From assembly GCA_030390025.1 (NCBI GenBank), contig CM059432.1:33854001-33918000 (forward strand): DNA of 64,000 nt, in the 5' to 3' direction. A model generated the notes under the pieces. The model made no database searches, was not told where the DNA came from, and was given only the letters and a program-made list of their open reading frames with translations. This DNA comes from Squalus acanthias (taxonomy: Eukaryota). Below are positions 52,101 through 64,000 of this stretch, one piece after another; positions within the stretch are counted from its first letter, which is position 1; every line of letters begins with the position of its first letter. The position numbers and the translations under genes are program-made.

Positions 52101-55100
52101 CATCACTGCATCCTTTTAATTAATATATCAGTAAACACACAGTGCATCACTGCATCCTCTTAATTAATATATCAGTACACACACACTCCATCACTGCATC
52201 CTCTTAATTAATATATCAGTACACACACAGTGCATCACTGCATCCTCTTAATTAATATATCAGTACACACACACTCCATCACTGCATCCTCTTAATTAAT
52301 ATATCAGTACACACAGTGCATCACTGCATCCTCTTAATTAATATATCAGTACACTCACACTCCATCACTGCATCCTCTTAATTAATATATCAGTACACAC
52401 ATACTCCATCACTGCATCCTTTTAATTAATATATCAGTACACACACAGTGCATCACTGCATCCTCTTAATTAATATATCAGTACACACACACTCCATCAC
52501 TGCATCCTCTTAATTAATATATCAGTACACACACCGTGCATCACTGCATCCTCTTAATTAATATATCAGTACACACACACTCCATCACTGCATCCTCTTA
52601 ATTAATATATCAGTACACACAGTGCATCACTGCATCCTCTTAATTAATATATCAGCACACTCACACTCCATCACTGCATCCTCTGAATTAGTATATCAGT
52701 ACACACAAACTCCATCACTGCATCCTATTAATTAATATATCAGTACACTCACACTCCATCACTGCATCCCCTTAATTAATATATCAGTACACACACACTC
52801 CATCACTGCATTCCCTTAATTAATATATCACTACACGCACACTCCATCACTGCATCCCCTTAATTAATATATCAGTACACTCAAACTCCATCACTGCATC
52901 CTCTTCATTAATATATCAGTACACACACGGTGCATCACTGCATCCCATTAATTAATATATCAGTACACACAGTGCATCACTGCATCCTATTAATTAATAT
53001 ATCAGTACACACACACTCCATCACTGCATCCTATTAATTAATATATCAGTACACTCACACTACTTCACTGCATCATCTTAATTATTATATCAGCACACTC
53101 AAACTCCATCACTGCATCCTCTTAATTAATATATCAGAACACACACACTCTATCACTGCATCCTCTTAATTAATATATCAGTACACACACACTCCATCAC
53201 TGAATCCCATTAATTAATATATCAGAACACACACACTCCATCACTGCATCCTCTTAATTAATATATCAGTACACACACACTCCATCACTGCATCCTCTTA
53301 ATTAATATATCAGTACACACACACTCCATCACGGCATCCTCTTAATTAATATATCAGAACACACACACTGCATCACTGCATCATCTTAATTATTATATCA
53401 GCACACTCAAACTCCATCACTGCATCCTCTTAATTAATATATCAGAACACACACACTGCATCACTGCACCATCTTAATTAATATATCAGCACACTCAAAC
53501 TCCATCACTGCATCCTCTTAATTAATACATCAGTACACACATACTCCATCACTGCATCCTCTTAATTAATATATCAGTACACACGCAGTGCATCACTGCA
53601 TCCTCTTAATTAATATATCAGTACACACACACTCCATCACTGCATCCTCTTAATTAATATATCAATACACACACAGTGCATCACTGCATCCTCTTAATTA
53701 ATATATCAGTACACTCACACTCCATCACTGCATCCTCTTAATTAATATATCAGCACACTCAAACTCCATCACTGCATCCTCTTAATTAATACATCAGCAG
53801 ACTCAAACTCCATCACTGCATCCTCTTAATTAATATATCAGTACACACACACTCCATCACTGCATCCACTTAATTAATATATCAGTACACACATACTCCA
53901 TCACTGCATCCTCTTAATTAATACATCAGTACACTCACACTCCATCACTGCATCCTCTTAATTAATATATCAGTACACACACACTCCATCACTGCATCCT
54001 ATTAATTAATATATCAGAACACACACACTGCATCACTGCACCATCTTAATTAATATATCAGCACACTCAAACTCCATCACTGCATCCTCTTAATTAATAC
54101 ATCAGTACACACACACTCCATCACTGCATCCACTTAATTAATATATCAGTACACACATACTCCATCACTGCATCCTCTTAATTAATATATCAGTACACAC
54201 ACAGTGCATCACTGCATCCTCTTAATTAATATATCAGTACACACACACTCCATCACTGCATCCTCTTAATTAATATATCAATACACACACAGTGCATCAC
54301 TGCATCCTCTTAATTAATATATCAGTACACTCACACTCCATCACTGCATCCTCTTAATTAATATATCAGCACACTCAAACTCCATCACTGCATCCTCTTA
54401 ATTAATACATCAGCAGACTCAAACTCCATCACTGCATCCTCTTAATTAATATATCAGTACACACACACTCCATCACTGCATCCAGTTAATTAATATATCA
54501 GTACACACATACTCCATCACTGCATCCTCTTAATTAATACATCAGTACACTCACACTCCATCACTGCATCCTCTTAATTAATATATCAGTACACACACAC
54601 TCCATCACTGCATCCTATTAATTAATATATCAGTACACTCACACTCCATCACTGCATCCCCTTAATTAATATATCAGTACACACACACTCCATCACTGCA
54701 TCCCCTTAATTAATATATCAGTACACACACACTCCATCACTGCATCCTATTAATTAATATATAAGTACACTCACTACCATCACTGCATCCTCTTAATTAA
54801 TATATCAGTACACTCACACTCCATCACTGCATCCCCTTAATTAATATATCAGTACACTCACACTCCATCACTGCATCCCCTTAATTAATATATCAGTACA
54901 CGCACACTCCATCACTGCATCCCCTTAATTAATATATCAGTACACTCAAACTCCATCACTGCATCCTCTTCATTAATATATCAGTACACACACAGTGCAT
55001 CACTGCTTCCTATTAATTAATATATCAGTACTCACACACTCCATCACTGCATCCTCTTAATTAATATATCAGTACTCACACACTCCATCACTGCATCATC

Positions 55101-58100
55101 TTATTTAATATATCAGTACACACAAACTCGATCACTGCATCCCCTTAATTAATATAACAGTACACACTTTCATCACTGCATCCTCTTAATTAATATATCA
55201 GTACACTCACACTCCATCACTGCATCCCATTAATTAATATAGCAGTACACTCACACTGCATCACTGTATTCCCTTAATTAATATATTATTGCACACACAC
55301 TCCATCACTGCATCTTCTTAATTAATACATCAGCACACTCAAACTTCATCACTGCATCTTCTTAATTAATATATCAGCACACACAAACTCCATCACTGCA
55401 TCTTCTTAATTAATACATCAGCACACTCAAACTCCATCACTGCATCCTCTTAATTAATATATCAGCACACTCAAACTCCATCACTGCATCCTCTTAATTA
55501 ATATATCAGCACACTCAAACTCCATCACTGCATCTTCTTAATTAATACATCAGCACACTCAAACTCCATCACTGCATCCTCTTAATTAATATATCAGCAC
55601 ACTCAAACACCATCACTGCATCTTCTTAATTAATACATCAGCACACTCAAACTCCATCACTGCATCCTCTTAATTAATATATCAGTACACACATACTCCA
55701 TCACTGCATCCTTTTAATTAATATATCAGTACACACAGTGCATCACTGCATCCTCTTAATTAATATATCAGTACACTCACACTCCATCACTGCATCCTCT
55801 TAATTAATATATCAGTACACACACACTCCATCACTGCATCCTATTAATTAATATATCAGTACACTCACACTCCATCACTGCATCCCCTTAATTAATATAT
55901 CAGTACACACACACTCCATCACTGCATTCCCTTAATTAATATATCAGTACACGCACACTCCATCACTGCATCCCCTTAATTAATATATCAGTACACTCAA
56001 ACTCCATCACTGCATCCTCTTCATTAATATATCAGTACACACACGGTGCATCACTGCATCCCATTAATTAATATATCAGTACACACAGTGCATCACTGCA
56101 TCCTATTAATTAATATATCAGTACTCACACACTCCATCACTGCATCCTATTAATTAATATATCAGAACACACACACTGCATCACTGCATCATCTTAGTTA
56201 ACATATCAGCGCACTCAAACACCATCACTGCATCCTCTTAATTAATATATCAGCACACTCAAACACCATCACTGCATCTTCTTAATTAATACATCAGCAC
56301 ACTCAAACTCCATCACTGCATCCTCTTAATTAATATATCAGTACACACATACTCCATCACTGCATCCTCTTAATTAATATATCAGTACACACACACTCCA
56401 TCACTGCATCCTATTAATTAATATATCAGTACACTCACACTCCATCACTGCATCCCCTTAATTAATATATCAGTACACACACACTCCATCACTGCATTCC
56501 CTTAATTAATATATCAGTACACGCACACTCCATCACTGCATCCCCTTAATTAATATATCAGTACACTCAAACTCCATCACTGCATCCTCTTCATTAATAT
56601 ATCAGTACACACACGGTGCATCACTGCATCCCATTAATTAATATATCAGTACACACAGTGCATCACTGCATCCTATTAATTAATATATCAGTACTCACAC
56701 ACTCCATCACTGCATCCTATTAATTAATATATCAGAACACACACACTGCATCACTGCATCATCTTAGTTAACATATCAGCGCACTCAAACACCATCACTG
56801 CATCCTCTTAATTAATATATCAGCACACTCAAACTCCATCACTGCATCCTCTTAATTAATATATCAGAACACACACACTCTATCACTGCATCCTCTTAAT
56901 TAATATATCAGTACACACACACAGTGCATCACTGCATCCTCTTAATTAATATATCAGTACACACACACTCCATCACTGCATCCTCTTAATTAATATATCA
57001 GTACACTCACACTCCATCACTGCATCCCCTTAATTAATATATCAGTACACGCACACTCCATCACTGCATCCCCTTAATTAATATATCAGTACACTCAAAC
57101 TCCATCACTGCATCCTCTTAATTAATATATCAGTACACACACAGTGCATCACTGCATCCTATTAATTAATATATCAGTACTCACACACTCCATCACTGCA
57201 TCCTCTTAATTAATATATCAGTACTCACACACTCCATCACTGCATCATCTTATTTAATATATCAGTACACACAAACTCGATCACTGCATCCCCTTAATTA
57301 ATATATCAGTACACACTTTCATCACTGCATCCTCTTAATTAATATATCAGTACACTCACACTCCATCACTGCATCCCATTAATTAATATAGCAGTACACT
57401 CACACTGCATCACTGTATTCCCTTAATTAATATATTATTGCACACACACTCCATCACTGCATCCTCTTAATTAATATATCAGCACACTCAAACACCATCA
57501 CTGCATCTTCTTAATTAATACATCAGCACACTCAAACTCCATCACTGCATCCTCTTAATTAATATATCAGTACACACATACTCCATCACTGCATCCTTTT
57601 AATTAATATATCAGTACACACAGTGCATCACTGCATCCTCTTAATTAATATATCAGTACACACACACTCCATCACTGCATCCTCTTAATTAATATATCAG
57701 TACACACACAGTGCATCACTGCATCCTCTTAATTAATATATCAGTACACACACACTCCATCACTGCATCCTCTTAATTAATATATCAGTACACACAGTGC
57801 ATCACTGCATCCTCTTAATTAATATATCAGTACACTCACATTCCATCACTGCATTCCCTTAAGTAATATATCAGTACACGCACACTCCATCACTGCATCC
57901 CCTTAATTAATATATCAGTACACTCAAACTCCATCACTGCATCCTCTTCATTAATATATCAGTACACACACGGTGCATCACTGCATCCCATTAATTAATA
58001 TATCAGTACACACGGTGCATCACTGCATCCCATTAATTAATATATCAGTACACACACACTCCATCACTGCATCCTCTTAATTAATATATCAGAACACACA

Positions 58101-61100
58101 CACTGCATCACTGCATCATCTTAATTATTATATCAGCACACTCAAACTCCATCACTGCATCCTCTTAATTAATATATCAGAACACACACACTCCATCACT
58201 GCATCCTCTTCATTAATATATCAGTACACACACGGTGCATCACTGCATCCCATTAATTAATATATCAGTACACACAGTGCATCACTGCATCCTATTAATT
58301 AATATATCAGTACACACACACTCCATCACTGCATCCTATTAATTAATATATCAGAACACACACACTGCATCACTGCATCATCTTAGTTAACATATCAGCG
58401 CACTCAAACACCATCACTGCATCCTCTTAATTAATATATCAGCACACTCAAACTCCATCACTGCATCCTCTTAATTAATATATCAGAACACACACACTCT
58501 ATCACTGCATCCTCTTAATTAATATATCAGTACACACACACAGTGCATCACTGCATCCTCTTAATTAATATATCAGTACACACACACTCCATCACTGAAT
58601 CCCATTAATTAATATATCAGAACACACACACTCCATCACTGCATCCTCTTAATTAATATATCAGTACACACACACTCCATCACTGCATCCTCTTAATTAA
58701 TATATCAGTACACACACAGTGCATCACTGCATCCTCTTAATTAATATATCAGTACACACACACTCCATCACTGCAACCTCTTAATTAATATATCAGTACA
58801 CACACAGTGCATCACTGCATCCTATTAATTAATATATCAGTACACACACACTCCATCACGGCATCCTCTTAATTAATATATCAGAACACACACACTGCAT
58901 CACTGCATCATCTTAATTATTATATCAGCACACTCAAACTCCATCACTGCATCCTCTTAATTAATATATCAGAACACACACACTGCATCACTGCACCATT
59001 TTAATTAATATATCAGCACACTCAAACTCCATCACTGCATCCTCTTAATTAATACATCAGTACACACATACTCCATCACTGCATCCTCTTAATTAATATA
59101 TCAGTACACACAGAGCATCACTGCATCCTCTTAATTAATATATCAGTACACACACACTCCATCACTGCATCCTCTTAATTAATATATCAGTACACACACA
59201 GTGCATCACTGCATCCTCTTAATTAATATATCAGTACGCTCACACTCCATCACTGCATCCTCTTAATTAATATATCAGTACACACACACTCCATCACTGC
59301 ATCCTATTCATTAATATATCAGTACACTCACACTCCATCACTGCATCCCCTTAATTAATATATCAGTACACACACACTCCATCACTGCATCCCCTTAATT
59401 AATATATCAGTACACACACACTCCATCACTGCATCCTATTAATTAATATATCAGTACACTCACACTCCATCACTGCATCCCCTTAATTAATATATCAGTA
59501 CACTCACACTCCATCACTGCATCCCCTTAATTAATATATCAGTACACACACACTCCATCACTGCATCTTATTAATTAATATATCAGTACACTCACACTCC
59601 ATCACTGCATCCCCTTAATTAATATATCAGTACACTCACACTCCATCACTGCATCCCCTTAATTAATATATCAGTACACTCAGACTGCATCACTGCATCA
59701 TCTCAATTATTATATCAGCACACTCAAACTCCATCACTGCATCCTCTTAATTAATATATCAGAACACACACACTGCATCACTGCATCATCTTAATTAATA
59801 TATCAGCACACTCAAACTCCATCACTGCATCCTCTTAATTAATACATCAGTGCACTCAAACTCCATCACTGCATCCTCTTAATTAATATATCAGCGCACT
59901 CAAACTCCATCACTGCATCCACTTAATTAATATATCAGCACACTCAAACTCCATCACTGCATCTTCTTAATTAATACATTAGCACACTCAAACTCCAACA
60001 CTGCATCCTCTTAATTAATATATCAGCACACTCAAACTCCATCACTGCATCCTCTTAATTAATATATCAGTACACACACATAGTGCCTCACTGCATCCTC
60101 TTAATTAATATATCAGTACACACACAGTGCATCACTGCATCCTCTTAATTAATATATCAGTACACACACAGTGCATCACTGCATCCTCTTAATTAATATA
60201 TCAGAACACACACAGTCCATCACTGCATCCTCTTAATTATTATATCAGTACACACACACTCCATCACTGCATCCTCTTAATTAATATATCAGCACACATA
60301 CACTCCATCACATCAACCTGTTAATTAATCTATCAGAACACACACACTGCATCACTGCACCATCTTAATTAATATATCAGCACACTCAAACTCCATCACT
60401 GCATCCTGTTAATTAATATATCAGCACACTCAAATTCCATCACTGCATCCTCTTAATACATCAGCACACTCAAACTCCATCACTGCATCCTCTTAATTAA
60501 TATATCAGCGCACTCAAACTCCATCACTGCATCCTCTTAATTAATATATCAGCACACTCAAACTCCATCACTGCATCTTCTTAATTAATACATCAGCACA
60601 CTCAAACTCCATCGCTGCATCCTCTTAATTAATATATCAGAACACACACACTCTATCACTGCATCCTCTTAATTAATATATCAGTACACACACACAGTGC
60701 ATCACTGCATCCTCTTAATTAATATATCAGTACACACACACTCCATCACTGCATCCCATTAATTAATATATCAGAAAACACACACTCCATCACTGCATCC
60801 TCTTAATTAATATATCAGTACACACACAGTGCATCACTGCATCCTCTTAATTAATATATCAGTACACACACACTCCATCACTGAATCCCATTAATTATTA
60901 TATCAGTACACACACACTCCATCACTGCATCCTCTTAATTAATATCAGTATTCATACACTCCATCACTGCATCCTCTTAATTAATATATAAGTACACACA
61001 CACTCCTTCACTGCATTCTCTTCATTAATATATCAGTACACACAATCTCCATCACTGCATCCTCTTAATTAATATTTAATTACACTCACACTCCATCACT

Positions 61101-64000
61101 GCATCCCCTCAATTAATCTTTCCATACACACACACTCCATCACTGCATCCTCATAATTAATCTTTCCGTACACACGCACTCCATCACTGCATCCTCTTAA
61201 TTAATATATCAGTACACACACACTCCATCACTGCATCCCCTTAATTAATATATCAGTACACACACACTCCATCACTGCATCCCCTTAATTAATATATCAG
61301 TACACTCATACTCCATCACTGCATCCTCTTAATTAATATATCAGTACACACACACTCCATCACTGCATCCTCTTAATTAATATATCAGTAGACACACACT
61401 CTCTCACTGGATCCTCTTAATTAATATATCAGTACACTCACACTCCATTACTGCATCCTCTTAATTAATATATCAGTACACACACACTCCATCACTGCAT
61501 CCTCTTAATTAATATATCAGTACACACACACTCTCTCACTGGATCCTCTTAATTAATATATCAGTACACTCACACTCCATCACTGCATCATCTTAATTAA
61601 TATATCAATACAAACACACTCCTTCACTGCATCTCATTAATTAATATATCAGTACACACACACTCCATCACTGCATCATCTTAATTAATATATCAGTACA
61701 CACACACTCCATCACTGCATCCCCTTAATTAATATATCAGTACACACACACTCCATCACTGCATCTCATTAATTAATATATCAGTACACACTCACTCCAT
61801 CACTGCATCCTCTTAATTAATATATCAGTACACACACACTCCATCACTGCATCCTCTTAATTAATATATCAGTACACACACACTCCATCACTGCATCCTC
61901 TTAATTAATATATCAGTACACATACACTCCATCACTGCATCCTCTTAATTTATATATCAGTACACACACATTCCATCACTGCCTCCTGTTCATTAATATA
62001 TCCGTACACAAACACTGCATCACTGAATCCTCTTCATTAATATATCAGTACATTCACACTCCATCACTGCAATCCATTAATTAATATATCAGGAAACTCG
62101 CAGTCCATCACTGTATCATCTTATTTAAAATATCAATACACACACACTCCATACCTGCAAGCTCTTCATTCATGTAACAGTACACTCACACTCCATCAAT
62201 GCATCATCTAAATTAATATATCAGTAGACACACACTCCATCACTGCAACCTGTTAATTAATCTATCTGCAGACTCAAACTCCATCACTGCTTCCTCTTAA
62301 TTAATATATCAGTACACACACACTCCATCACTGCATCCTCTTAATTAATATATCAGTACACACACACTGCATCACTGCTCCATCTTAATTAATATATCAG
62401 CGCACACAAACTCCATCACTGCATCCTCTTAATTAATATATCAGCACACTCAAACTCCATCACTGCATCTTCTTTATTAATACATCAGCACACTCAAACT
62501 CCATCACTGCATCCTCTTAATTAATATATCAGTACACACACACTCCATCACTGCATCCCATTAATTAATATATCAGAACACACACACTCCATCACTGCAT
62601 TCTCTTAATTAATATATCAGTACACACACAGTGCATCACTGCATCCTCTTAATTAATATATCAGTACACACACACTCCATCACTGCATCCTCTTACTTAA
62701 TATATCAGTACACACAAACTGCATCACTGCATCCTCTTAATTAATATATCAGTACACACACACTCCATCAAAGCATCCTCTTAATTAATATATCAGTACA
62801 CACACACTCCATCACAGCATCCTCTTAATTAATATATCATTACACACACAGTGCATCACTGCATCCTCTTAATTAATATATCAGTACACACACAGTGCAT
62901 CACTGCATCCTCTTAATTAATATATCAGAACACACACAGTCCATCACTGCATCCTCTTAATTATTATATCAGTACACACACACTCCATCACTGCATCCTC
63001 TTAATTAATATATCAGCACACATACACTCCATCACATCAACCTGTTAATTAATCTATCAGAACACACACACTGCATCACTGCACCATCTTAATTAATATA
63101 TCAGCACACTCAAACTCCATCACTGCATCCTGTTAATTAATATATCAGCACACTCAAATTCCATCACTGCATCCTCTTAATACATCAGCACACTCAAACT
63201 CCATCACTGCATCCTCTTAATTAATATATCAGCGCACTCAAACTCCATCACTGCATCCTCTTAATTAATATATCAGCACACTCAAACTCCATCACTGCAT
63301 CTTCTTAATTAATACATCAGCACACTCAAACTCCATCGCTGCATCCTCTTAATTAATATATCAGAACACACACACTCTATCACTGCATCCTCTTAATTAA
63401 TATATCAGTACACACACACAGTGCATCACTGCATCCTCTTAATTAATATATCAGTACACACACACTCCATCACTGCATCCCATTAATTAATATATCAGAA
63501 AACACACACTCCATCACTGCATCCTCTTAATTAATATATCAGTACACACACAGTGCATCACTGCATCCTCTTAATTAATATATCAGTACACACACACTCC
63601 ATCACTGAATCCCATTAATTATTATATCAGTACACACACACTCCATCACTGCATCCTCTTAATTAATATCAGTATTCATACACTCCATCACTGCATCCTC
63701 TTAATTAATATATAAGTACACACACACTCCTTCACTGCATTCTCTTCATTAATATATCAGTACACACAAACTCCATCACTGCATCCTCTTAATTAATATT
63801 TAATTACACTCACACTCCATCACTGCATCCCCTCAATTAATCTTTCCATACACACACACTCCATCACTGCATCCTCATAATTAATCTTTCCGTACACACG
63901 CACTCCATCACTGCATCCTCTTAATTAATATATCAGTACACACACACTCCATCACTGCATCCCCTTAATTAATATATCAGTACACACACACTCCATCACT

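Larger units (their letters stand above)
30672..64000. repeat. 44-bp satellite array, consensus CTCCATCACTGCATCCTCTTAATTAATATATCAGTACACACACA, about 720 monomers, runs off the window
   Basis: Period 44 read directly (e.g. CACTGCATCC at 61801 and 61845). Confidence 0.98.

Noticed and set aside
30672..64000. CRISPR-like array
   Set aside because: Monomers are contiguous with no unique spacers, there are no cas genes, and the context is eukaryotic

Overview
Repeat-dense, gene-poor vertebrate DNA, most likely from a cartilaginous fish (inferred from HE1-like and Deu-domain SINEs and HER1-like LINEs recognised from memory, not by database search). No host protein-coding gene could be supported. 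Bases 1-30.7 kb are a nested mosaic of transposons. They include a near-complete but inactivated PIF/Harbinger element (2499-6766) with a three-exon Myb/SANT gene and a HARBI1-like DDE transposase, which sits with a related MITE inside one HE1-like SINE. They also include a second decayed Harbinger Myb gene, CR1/HER1, L2 and RTE LINE fragments, a pogo-type MITE and a solo LTR nested in the RTE, and many SINEs. From about 30672 to the window end is a 44-bp satellite (about 720 monomers) interrupted only by two copies of a ~730-bp CpG-rich Harbinger MITE carried in a ~3.3-kb tandem duplication. The least explained signals are a ~140-bp segment present twice in inverted orientation (1274-1413 and 11621-11760) that can fold into a stem-closed structure, the promoter-like MITE inside the satellite, and the origin of the satellite. 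I found no clearly new biological system; these are candidates only.
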